The translations under genes were made by a program, and so were the position numbers. The notes below the pieces were generated by a model that did not search any database, was not told where the DNA came from, and saw only the letters and a program-made list of their open reading frames with translations. Of a DNA stretch of 64,000 bases, positions 1 to 7,940 are shown piece by piece. Within the stretch, counting starts at the first letter, position 1. Each line of letters starts with the position of its first letter. This DNA is from Actinomycetota bacterium (GTDB taxonomy: Bacteria; Actinomycetota; Acidimicrobiia; IMCC26256; PALSA-610). Where the stretch lies: positions 1 through 64,000 of the forward strand of contig SXJP01000028.1 of NCBI GenBank assembly GCA_005779395.1, written 5' to 3'.

Positions 1-1027
1 AGACGTTGAAGCGGATTTCGACTACGTCGCCATCTTTGACTTCGTAGTCCTTGCCTTCGAGTCGAATCTTGTTGGCTTCTTTGGCCTTGCTCCATGACCC
101 GCACTCGAGCAGTTCGTCCCACTGGATCACTTCAATCCGAATGAATCCCCGCTGCAAGTCAGAGTGAATCACTCCGGCGCACTCGGGAGCCTTCGCTCCA
201 GCTCGGAAGGTCCATGCTCGCGACTCTTTGTCTCCTGTGGTGAGGAACGTGCGTCGGCCAAGAAGGTGATAGGCATTGCGAGCAAGACGCGGTAAGACAC
301 TTTCGCCGATACCGAAGGTCTCGCGCATTTCTTCGCGATCGGCCGGGTCACACGCTGCAATCTCGGCCTCGATGTCGATGGCAGCAGCGATTGCGTCGTC
401 ACCAAACTTCGCTGTGAGCTCTCCTGAGTCGGCGAGTTGGTCTTCGCTCACGTGCAACACGGTGAGGCTCGGCTTCGTTGTGAGACAAAAACATGGCTCT
501 AGCAACTCGAGTTCATCGGCTGTGAGATCCGCTCGGCGCAAAGGAGTGCCGTCGGAGAGTGCCGCGTGTGCGCGCTCTAACGCTGTTATCTCAGGACCGA
601 GAGTCTTGTTGCCTTTCGATGCCCGGCGAGCTGCATCGAGCCGCTTACCGACTGTTGTGGCATCGGCCATAACTAGTTCGAGTTCCAATAAGGCGAGGTC
701 AGATTCTGGGTCAGCTGGACCTGTTCCCGTGTGTGCGCGCAGCACGAACAACACGGCATCACAGTTGCGGAGCGCCCCAACAAACTTGGCTCCAAGGCCT
801 TCGCCAGCCTTAGCTCCAGGCGGCAACGCAATGTGCACGACCTCGAAGCCAGTAGCGACAACCTTCTTGCTCTCACTCATCGCCGCGAGTCGGTTCAGGC
901 GCTCGTCTGCGATATGAGCGATGCCTACCGCTGTCTCAAAAAGGCCAGGATCAGCAAGCCCGGTCAGGGCACTAAAGAGCCTGTTAGTGCCAGCATCGGC
1001 GAGTCCTACGATTCCCAGGTTTTCCAT
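1..1027 (-). CDS. YchF/Obg-family ribosome-binding ATPase paralog, C-terminal end runs off the window. The Walker A is degenerate (GLADAGTNR instead of GLPNVGKST), G3 is HIAL instead of DIAG, and G4 is HVSE instead of NVNE.
   Basis: Reverse-strand translation MENLGIVGLADAGTNRLFSALT...KIRLEGKDYEVKDGDVVEIRFNV aligns along its whole length with E. coli YchF, including the C-terminal TGS domain. The start ATG is at 1027..1025. Confidence 0.7.
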   Translation of the reverse strand, partial: MENLGIVGLADAGTNRLFSALTGLADPGLFETAVGIAHIADERLNRLAAMSESKKVVATGFEVVHIALPPGAKAGEGLGAKFVGALRNCDAVLFVLRAHTGTGPADPESDLALLELELVMADATTVGKRLDAARRASKGNKTLGPEITALERAHAALSDGTPLRRADLTADELELLEPCFCLTTKPSLTVLHVSEDQLADSGELTAKFGDDAIAAAIDIEAEIAACDPADREEMRETFGIGESVLPRLARNAYHLLGRRTFLTTGDKESRAWTFRAGAKAPECAGVIHSDLQRGFIRIEVIQWDELLECGSWSKAKEANKIRLEGKDYEVKDGDVVEIRFNV

Positions 1028-1098
1028 CGCTGAGCAGGGTAGAACGATTTCGCAGGCCAGCGACTATCCTGCCGGAGTTCCATTTCCAGGAGATTTCA

Positions 1099-1188
1099 AT
1101 GCCTAAGAAGACAAAAATGCGTCGCCTGAATGCCAAGCGCAAGAAGGCCAACCACGGCAAGAAGCCGAACGCAGGTAAGCGGAGCTAA
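1099..1188 (+). CDS. Small 29-aa highly basic protein MPKKTKMRRLNAKRKKANHGKKPNAGKRS, probably ribosomal protein bL37-like. It is missing from the ORF track because it is shorter than 60 aa.
   Basis: ATG at 1099 is preceded by AGGAG with a 6-nt spacer. The KANHGKKPNA core matches my recollection of mycobacterial bL37 (..KANHGKRPNA). It is transcribed divergently from the ychF-like gene. Confidence 0.5.
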   Translation: MPKKTKMRRLNAKRKKANHGKKPNAGKRS

Positions 1189-1255
1189 GTCTCCCTACTG
1201 CGCTATTCGCATAGCGCTTGGCCTACCGGCGCCGTGACCGACCGACCGGCGAGAT

Positions 1256-1738
1256 ATGACATTCGATCAAGTACGGGTACTTCCCGACGACACATCCCAT
1301 GAACTGCTCTCCAACACCTTGGAGCGCGCCAACAACGTGAGCAACCTCGCGCGCGCCGAAGCCCTGCAACTCCAAGTGTTTAACGGACCGATCTTGCGAG
1401 AGGTAGTCAAGGAACACGTGGCTAAGGCCAAACTCCCCGACGGGTTCATCACACCAATCACCCAGCGAGTCCAGACCAGCCTCGAACGCCGCGCTGGCAA
1501 GCAACAGAAATTCTCTGCTTTTCAATCTCTCACCTTGCCTCCGGGCGCGTTCAAATGGGGCGAAGGTCGTGTCATGATGCTCACTGCGCGTGGACGCCGG
1601 ACCATTGGCGTCCGCGTAGATCTCACCCAAGGCGGACTACGCCACCCTCTTAATGGCCGCCCTATTTCAATCGTGTTCCGCAACGGCGAATTCGATCTGT
1701 GCGCTGCCGACGTAGAACGCAATACCGACGACGAATAA
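1256..1738 (+). pseudogene. tnpB: N-terminal fragment (160 aa) of an IS200/IS605-family TnpB (OrfB). The RuvC and zinc-finger domains are missing, so this is a mobile-element remnant.
   Basis: RVLPDDTSHELLSNTLERANNVSNLA and FKWGEGRVMMLTARGRRTIGVRVDLTQGGLRHPLNGRPISIVFRNGEFDLCAADVE follow the conserved TnpB N-terminal pattern (V-RLYP..Q..L..T.G..R.VYN and IGEGRLKLPKLG...I..V.V.R...G.WY.S..CEVE). The ORF stops where RuvC-I would begin. Hairpin GCGCTAT-tcgc-ATAGCGC lies at 1200..1217 just upstream. Confidence 0.5.
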
Positions 1739-1813
1739 CTAGCAATACTTGTCTCTCCACTAGTCGATATCAGGTCTTGGCGACAGGCGATACTTCGTCG
1801 TAGCTTCTGACCC

Positions 1814-2587
1814 ATGGTGGCTGACGGACTGCTAGATGGCAAGGTCGCACTCATCACTGGGTCCGGTTCTGGTCAAGGTCGCGCCGCAGCACGGTTGTTT
1901 GCTCAGCACGGCGCGCGGATCGCAGTAATAGACCTAAGAGACGACTGCGCAGCTGAGACAGCCAAGATGGTCGAGTCAGACGGTGGCGAAGCTGTCGCGA
2001 TTCATGCCGACGTTTCCAACCGTCACGACGTCGATCGAATGGTCGATGAGACCATGGATCGATTCGGTCGCCTTGATGTGCTCTACAACAACGCTGCTGT
2101 GCAGATGAGCGGCAGGCTCGTTGACTGCACTGTCGAAGACTGGGATCTCACGATTGCCACGAATCTGTCAGCGATTTTTTGGGCGTGCCGTGCGGCAATC
2201 CCGAACATGAAAAAGGGTGGCTACGGGTCGATAATCAACACAGCTAGCACGCTTGGACTAATCGGAAGCGAAGGGTTCGCTGCCTACGGCGCAGCTAAGG
2301 CAGGTCTCGTGATGCTCACTAAACAATTAGCTGTCGAGTTCGGACCGGTTGTGCGCGCAAACGTGATCGCTCCTGGGTCAATCGATACGCCTCGTTTTCG
2401 TACAGTGCTTGACGACAACCCCGATCAGAACGGCTTCATGAAAATGTTGTTGGGCAACATGCCTCTGAAACGGCTTGGGACAGCCGAAGACATCGCGGCT
2501 GCTGCTCTGTTCCTCGCAAGCGAGAGTTCGTCTTACACGTCTGGCGCAGTAATACCTGTAGATGGCGGCTTGGCTGCCCTGCGATGA
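1814..2587 (+). CDS. SDR family NAD(P)-dependent oxidoreductase
   Basis: TGSGSGQGRAA glycine-rich motif, NNAAV, and the YGAAKAGLVMLTK catalytic YxxxK. Confidence 0.85.
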   Translation: MVADGLLDGKVALITGSGSGQGRAAARLFAQHGARIAVIDLRDDCAAETAKMVESDGGEAVAIHADVSNRHDVDRMVDETMDRFGRLDVLYNNAAVQMSGRLVDCTVEDWDLTIATNLSAIFWACRAAIPNMKKGGYGSIINTASTLGLIGSEGFAAYGAAKAGLVMLTKQLAVEFGPVVRANVIAPGSIDTPRFRTVLDDNPDQNGFMKMLLGNMPLKRLGTAEDIAAAALFLASESSSYTSGAVIPVDGGLAALR

Positions 2588-3366
2588 GTTCCGGTACCGA
2601 ATTCAAGGGACAGGTCGCGATAATCACTGGCGGAGCGTCTGGACTTGGTGCCGCAATCGCAGCGCGACTAGCTAGCGATGCGATGCATGTAGTTCTCGCA
2701 GACACAGACGAGGAGCGCGGCCAAAGCGTCGCCGACGACCTTCGCGAAGCCGGTCTAGGAGCCGACTACGAAACCTGTGATGTGACCCAGGAAGGCGAAG
2801 TCGCAGCCCTCGTCGATTCGGTGGTCGAGCGACAAGGCACTCTGAATCACCTGATTTGTAGCGCAGCAATCGAAACCCGTGCGTCGCTGCTCGACACATC
2901 GAATGACGATTGGCAACGCATACTCGACGTCAATCTCAAGGGCCCTTTCTTGTGCATGAAACACGCGATACCCGCGATCGCTAACGGCGGTGGTGGGTCT
3001 GTCGTGCTTCTCGGTTCTGTGCTCGGGTTCATTGGCCAACCTGGGTACAGCGCGTACAGCGCATCTAAGGGAGCACTCGCGAACCTTATGAAGCAGGCAG
3101 CGATCGAAAACGCCGCCGCAGGCGTACGTGTGAATCTCGTGTCCCCGTCTGCCACTGACACAGGCCTGTTTATGAAGATGGCAGAAGCCACAGGAAACCC
3201 CGAAGCAATCATCGACATGGTCACACGCAACAGCCCGATGCGCCGCCTCGGCACGTCCCAAGAGGTCAGTGACACCGTCGCATTCTTGTGTTCGCCTGGC
3301 GCTGCCTATATTTCAGGCGCAGTCATCCCGCTCGATGGAGCCATGGCGGCAAGGCGGATCGTTTGA
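2584..3366 (+). CDS. SDR family oxidoreductase, ATGA-coupled to the upstream SDR
   Basis: ITGGASGLGAAIA motif and YSASKGALANLMK. The start overlaps the upstream stop. Confidence 0.85.
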   Translation: MSSGTEFKGQVAIITGGASGLGAAIAARLASDAMHVVLADTDEERGQSVADDLREAGLGADYETCDVTQEGEVAALVDSVVERQGTLNHLICSAAIETRASLLDTSNDDWQRILDVNLKGPFLCMKHAIPAIANGGGGSVVLLGSVLGFIGQPGYSAYSASKGALANLMKQAAIENAAAGVRVNLVSPSATDTGLFMKMAEATGNPEAIIDMVTRNSPMRRLGTSQEVSDTVAFLCSPGAAYISGAVIPLDGAMAARRIV

Positions 3367-4430
3367 CCCGCCGAGTCCTCGACGCCGATGCACACGTCAT
3401 CGAACCGTACGGAATCTTCGGCGATGCACAGAGCCTCGACCGAAACCCCATCGACATACCTCCCACAACGCCAACTAACGCATGTGGCGGCGCCGACCTC
3501 AGTGACCAGTGGGAAAATCGCTGGGATGCTCCCTCATACCTGCGCGCAATGGACACCCAAGCGATCGATGCGGCGGTCCTCTACCCCTCGGTCGGGCTAT
3601 TCGTTCCGTTTCAGGCAGACATTGACAGTGCCCAGCAAACAACCGCATGTTCGGGCTATGCAGAATGGATTGCGGGTTACTGCGATAGTGCGCCATCTCG
3701 TCTCGCCGGAGTAGGCATCGCTCCACTAGCCGACCCTTTGGCGGCTGCATTCGAGGCGCGTCGTTGCGCCGCGCTCGGCTTAGTCGGCATACTCGCTCGT
3801 CCGAACTACCTATATGGCCGGAGCCTCGGCGACCCTGCTTACGACCATCTGTACGACGTACTAGAGGAACACAGTCTGGTCCTGGCCGTACACGAAGGCA
3901 TGGGGTTGCGTGGTGGCCCGACCCTCGGCGCCGATCACTTCGCGAGTTTCGCCGGGCGACACCTTTGTTCGCATCCAATGGAGCAGATGGCAGCGCTGGC
4001 GTCGCTGGTATTGGGTGGTGCGCTCGAGCGTCACCCTTACTTGAAAGTTGCTTTCCTCGAAAGCGGAACCGGGTGGTTGCCCTACTGGCTAGCGCGCCTA
4101 GACGACCACATCGAGTGGATGTCAGACACCGAAACCAAGCATCTTTCACTCAGCGCGACGGAGTACTTCAAGCGGCAATGCTGTATTTCTTCGGACCCCG
4201 AAGATCGCCTCGCCGCACAGACTTGCGAAGTAGTTGGCGCCGACCGGATGATCTGGGCAAGCGACTTCCCCCACCCCGATGCCGCATTCCCTGATGCGTT
4301 GCTCGAGTTCGAAAGCAACAACCCGGGACTCGACAAAGAATCTGCGACAGCGATTCTGTGGGACAGCCCCGTGGACTTTTACGGCCTACATCAGCGATTC
4401 TTGTCAGCAGCTGTGGCTAGTACCGGTTGA
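3363..4430 (+). CDS. Amidohydrolase-2 (PF04909-like) metal-dependent hydrolase
   Basis: VLDADAHVIEP at the N-terminus, AVHEGMG, and WASDFPHPD at the C-terminus. The probable TTG start at 3363 overlaps the SDR stop (TTGA). Confidence 0.7.
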   Translation: MTRRVLDADAHVIEPYGIFGDAQSLDRNPIDIPPTTPTNACGGADLSDQWENRWDAPSYLRAMDTQAIDAAVLYPSVGLFVPFQADIDSAQQTTACSGYAEWIAGYCDSAPSRLAGVGIAPLADPLAAAFEARRCAALGLVGILARPNYLYGRSLGDPAYDHLYDVLEEHSLVLAVHEGMGLRGGPTLGADHFASFAGRHLCSHPMEQMAALASLVLGGALERHPYLKVAFLESGTGWLPYWLARLDDHIEWMSDTETKHLSLSATEYFKRQCCISSDPEDRLAAQTCEVVGADRMIWASDFPHPDAAFPDALLEFESNNPGLDKESATAILWDSPVDFYGLHQRFLSAAVASTG

Positions 4431-5319
4431 GCTTCACTAAGTAGGCAGCCATCGCCGAGGTTGTTTCGGCTGGCCGTTCTTGTTGGGTCCAATGGCCACA
4501 GTTGTCGATCACGACCTTCACGAGATTTGGGACACGTTCTTCCATGCCGTCTGCCATCGCAGGCGTTAGCACCGGGTCATCTGCTGCAGAAATCATGAGG
4601 CACGGCACATCGATCTTGCGATCTGCCCAGCCTTTAGATAGTTCCCAGTTTCGGTCGAGGTTTCTGTAGTACTCGATCGGTGGGGTTAGCGCGCCGGCGG
4701 GCCGAAATGCAATCTTGAACTGTTCGAGAATCTCGTCTGGAAACGCATCCGGGTTCTTCACCATGTCATTCAAGAAAATCATTTCTATGAAGTCATCGTG
4801 TCCTTTGCCCCAAGAAAAGATCCATTCCGCTACCCCGCGGTCTTGAAAACCGATTATGTAGATCGGTGTGTCAGGAAAGACCATCCGGAGCATCTGCACG
4901 GGCGGGATCGGACTGCGTGCCAGGTCAGGCGTGTTGACACCGATGACACCGGCAGTCATCTCGGGGAATTGGCGAGCGAAGTTCCATACCAAAATTCCGC
5001 CCCAATCATGGCCTGCAACTACAACGGTTTCGTGTCCGAGTGCGGTAACTAGGGCCGCGAGTGCGCCGTTCAGGAACACGATGTCATAGTCGACATCTGG
5101 CTTGTCAGTACGGCCGTAGCCAGGCAGGTCTGGTGCTACGACATGAAATCCGAGGGCAGCAAGCGCGTCGATCTGGTGGCGCCATGACAACGCAATTTCT
5201 GGGAATCCGTGGCACAACAGAACTAGTGGGTCGGCTGAGTCACCTGCTTCGAGACAAAAGAATCGCATTCTGTTAGCAACCACATAGCGCTCCCTCACGG
5301 GGCCGCACAGTACCGCCAA
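4417..5319 (-). CDS. Alpha/beta hydrolase, epoxide hydrolase / haloalkane dehalogenase-like
   Basis: LLCHGFPEIALSWRHQ, VVAPDLPGYGRTDKP, and GHDWGG nucleophile elbow. The start codon is ambiguous (TTG at 5319 or ATG at 5268). Confidence 0.75.
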   Translation of the reverse strand: MAVLCGPVRERYVVANRMRFFCLEAGDSADPLVLLCHGFPEIALSWRHQIDALAALGFHVVAPDLPGYGRTDKPDVDYDIVFLNGALAALVTALGHETVVVAGHDWGGILVWNFARQFPEMTAGVIGVNTPDLARSPIPPVQMLRMVFPDTPIYIIGFQDRGVAEWIFSWGKGHDDFIEMIFLNDMVKNPDAFPDEILEQFKIAFRPAGALTPPIEYYRNLDRNWELSKGWADRKIDVPCLMISAADDPVLTPAMADGMEERVPNLVKVVIDNCGHWTQQERPAETTSAMAAYLVKLNRY

Positions 5320-5387
5320 CTCGATGTATGCATAGCCACGAAACGTCTGAAGCGCCTCGATGCGACCGTCACTAACGTGAATACACG

Positions 5388-6140
5388 ATGACTGGACCAG
5401 TCCGACCAGAAGATGCTGACGTGACCGATTACGTCGGGTTGCTCGATGTCGACGAACGCCTCGGAACTCGGGTCGGGCGTCGCATCGTGTTGGGCCTCAT
5501 GGGCGCCGGAGCCGCTGGCATTATTTTCGGGCGACCGATTCAGGAAAAAACCGCTCAGGTCATCTCCGGTGTGCCTGGCCTGAACCAACTGCCAGTCGGC
5601 GGTCGCTGGCGGATCTACACAGTCACCGGCGGACTACCGAAGCGTTCGCAAGCCGACTACTCGCTTCGGATACACGGACTCGTCGATGAGGAACTGACCT
5701 TCAGCTATGAGCAGCTACTCGAACTTGAGCCAACCCATCTCACCAAAGATTTTCAGTGCGTTACAGGTTGGCGTGTCGAGGATGTGAAGTGGACAGGAAT
5801 ACGGCTCGCAGATCTGCTCGATGCTGCTGGCGTGCAAACGAGCGCGACTGCGCTGCGGTTCTTTAGCTTCGACGGCATATACACAGAGAGCCTGACTCTC
5901 GCTCAGGCCCGCCGTGACGACGTGATCGTTGCGTACTCGATGCTCGGCGATGACATCACCCGCGCTCACGGTGGTCCCGTTCGGTTGTATGTCGCGCCGA
6001 TGTACGGCTACAAGAGCATCAAGTGGTTAGAGAGCATAGAAGTCACAGACGAAGTCGTTCCGGGATATTGGGAGCGCCGGTTCTACGCGGTCGACGCGTG
6101 GATCGGAAACTCAAACGGGCGCAATGACAATCCCGTCTGA
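5388..6140 (+). CDS. Sulfite-oxidase-family molybdopterin oxidoreductase (MsrP/YedY-like) with a Tat-type signal
   Basis: RRIVLGLMGAGAAG twin-arginine N-terminus, FQCVTGWRVEDVKWTGIRLADLL, and GGPVRLYVAPMYGYKSIKWLESIEVTD. Confidence 0.75.
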   Translation: MTGPVRPEDADVTDYVGLLDVDERLGTRVGRRIVLGLMGAGAAGIIFGRPIQEKTAQVISGVPGLNQLPVGGRWRIYTVTGGLPKRSQADYSLRIHGLVDEELTFSYEQLLELEPTHLTKDFQCVTGWRVEDVKWTGIRLADLLDAAGVQTSATALRFFSFDGIYTESLTLAQARRDDVIVAYSMLGDDITRAHGGPVRLYVAPMYGYKSIKWLESIEVTDEVVPGYWERRFYAVDAWIGNSNGRNDNPV

Positions 6141-6777
6141 GATACCTGCGCGCATCGCGCGCTTCGCTCCGACTGTGCGTGTAGTACATGCATTAAATGC
6201 GATCGGCTTCGGCTTACTCACCTTCACAGGTGCTGCGATGTACGGAGCGCCGGGAACACAGTGGGTTGGACGACGCGACCTAGTACGCAATGTTCACGTG
6301 TGGGTCGGCATTTTCCTGCTGCTTCCCCTGATCGTCGGTCTCGCTTCAAGCTCGGGGTTGCGTGACGACTTCAGGCGACTGTCGCGTTGGAGCGCAGAAG
6401 ACAAGCGGTGGTGGTTTAAGTCAAAGCGCACGGAAGTTCGGCTCGGAAAATTCAATCCTGGCCAGAAGGCCAATGCGAGTTTCACACTCGCGGCTCTGCT
6501 CGCACTTCTCGGAACTGGCGCCATCATGAAGTGGTACTCGCCGTTCGGCGACGACTGGCGCACGGGAGCAACTTTCGTCCACGACTGGACTGCACTAGCC
6601 CTCGGGCTAGTCGTAATCGGCCACATCTACATGGCGATACGCGACCGCTCTGCGCTCGACGGGATGATTCGAGGCACTGTCCCATCTGAGTGGGCAGCCA
6701 CCGGACGACCCCGTTGGTATTCCGAAGTCATACAAGCGTCTGAAAATGATGCAAGCGATTTGGGCGACTCTCGATAG
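6124..6777 (+). CDS. Membrane b-type cytochrome (cytochrome b561 / Ni-Fe hydrogenase b-type cytochrome family), partner of the Mo enzyme
   Basis: VRVVHALNAIGFGLLTFTG with a conserved His, four predicted TM helices, and a 17-nt overlap with the upstream Mo-enzyme gene. Confidence 0.6.
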   Translation: MTIPSEIPARIARFAPTVRVVHALNAIGFGLLTFTGAAMYGAPGTQWVGRRDLVRNVHVWVGIFLLLPLIVGLASSSGLRDDFRRLSRWSAEDKRWWFKSKRTEVRLGKFNPGQKANASFTLAALLALLGTGAIMKWYSPFGDDWRTGATFVHDWTALALGLVVIGHIYMAIRDRSALDGMIRGTVPSEWAATGRPRWYSEVIQASENDASDLGDSR

Positions 6778-6788
6778 GGTCAATACCA

Positions 6789-7931
6789 ATGGAAAATGCG
6801 CCCATGAGTAAAAAAATGGTTATTCCAACTGACCTATTGCCACTTGATGGACGTTTCGGGTCAGGACCAAGCAAGGTCCAGACCCAGTTCGTGTCCAAGC
6901 TTGCATATGCAGCACCGAGATTCCTTGGTACGAGCCATCGCCAACCTGCCGTGCGTTCCGTGGTCGGAAAAATGCGCTCAGGAATGCGCGACCTTTTCGC
7001 GCTGCCGGACGGCTACGAAGTGCTACTCGGCAACGGAGGAAGCACATCGTTCTGGGATGCCGCAAGCTTCGGACTTGTACAAAACCGTGCTCAGCATTGC
7101 GTTATCGGTGAGTTTTCGAGCAAGTTCGCAACCGTCAACACCGCAGCACCGCACCTCGGGCAACCCGAAATTATCGAGACGGCGCCAGGCCAGACGCCAA
7201 CCCCGTGTCGCATGAACACCGACATCGATACCTATTGCTTCGTTCACAGCGAAACGAGTACCGGCGTAACGATGAACGTCGAGCGACCAGACGGCGCAGA
7301 CGGCATCGTTCTCGTAGACGCCACAAGTGCCGCAGGCGGCTTGCGTGTAGACCCCGCCCAGTTCGACGTCTACTACTTCGCTCCGCAGAAGTGTTTCGGC
7401 GGCGATGGAGGGTTGTGGATCGCACTCGTATCTCCGGATGCCGTCGCTCGCATCGAGTCGCTGAGTCAGACCGATCGCTGGCGTCCTGCCTCACTTGATC
7501 TTGGTATCGCGCTCGAACAAAGTCGACTCGATCAGACCTACAACACGCTGGCACTTGCGACTGTGTTCCTTCTCGCCGAGCAAGTCGAGTGGATGCTCGA
7601 CGGTGGTGGCCTCGAAGGTATGGCACAGAGAACCGACTCGAGCGCGACAACGCTTTATGGCTGGGCAGAAAAGCACCCTCTCGTCACACCGTTCGTGAGT
7701 GACACCCGGCACCGGAGCAATGTGACTGCGACACTCGACTTCGACGCGTCAATCGACGCAGCTGCAGTCGCTAAGACTCTGCGATCCAACGGAATCATTG
7801 ATACCGAGCCATATCGCAAGCTCGGTCGCAACCAACTCAGGATCGCGATGTTCCCGAACATTGACCCGTCCGACATCGAGCGACTCACAGCTTGCCTCGA
7901 CTACGTCCTAGAGCGATCAACTACTGCCTAG
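6789..7931 (+). CDS. serC: Phosphoserine aminotransferase SerC (actinobacterial type)
   Basis: DGRFGSGPSKV, LGTSHRQPAVRSVVGKMRSG, and GYEVLLGNGGSTSFWDAASFGL are collinear with mycobacterial SerC. Confidence 0.9.
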   Translation: MENAPMSKKMVIPTDLLPLDGRFGSGPSKVQTQFVSKLAYAAPRFLGTSHRQPAVRSVVGKMRSGMRDLFALPDGYEVLLGNGGSTSFWDAASFGLVQNRAQHCVIGEFSSKFATVNTAAPHLGQPEIIETAPGQTPTPCRMNTDIDTYCFVHSETSTGVTMNVERPDGADGIVLVDATSAAGGLRVDPAQFDVYYFAPQKCFGGDGGLWIALVSPDAVARIESLSQTDRWRPASLDLGIALEQSRLDQTYNTLALATVFLLAEQVEWMLDGGGLEGMAQRTDSSATTLYGWAEKHPLVTPFVSDTRHRSNVTATLDFDASIDAAAVAKTLRSNGIIDTEPYRKLGRNQLRIAMFPNIDPSDIERLTACLDYVLERSTTA

Positions 7932-7940
7932 AGTTGCACC

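Noticed and set aside
276-917. 213-aa ORF on the + strand, rich in A, S and R
   Set aside because: It is a low-complexity shadow frame antisense to the well-supported ychF-like gene. It has no RBS and no motifs.
1200-1217. Hairpin GCGCTATtcgcATAGCGC as an intrinsic terminator for the small basic ORF
   Set aside because: It has no U-tract (it is followed by TTGGCC). It is better explained as an IS605-type subterminal hairpin or a weak structure, so it was not listed as a terminator.
3499-4149. 216-aa Arg/Gly-rich antisense ORF inside the amidohydrolase gene
   Set aside because: Typical GC-rich antisense shadow ORF. Similar ones were ignored throughout the window, for example 7171..7650, 8648..9043, 21120..21770, 28611..29093, 30288..30821, 48935..49492.
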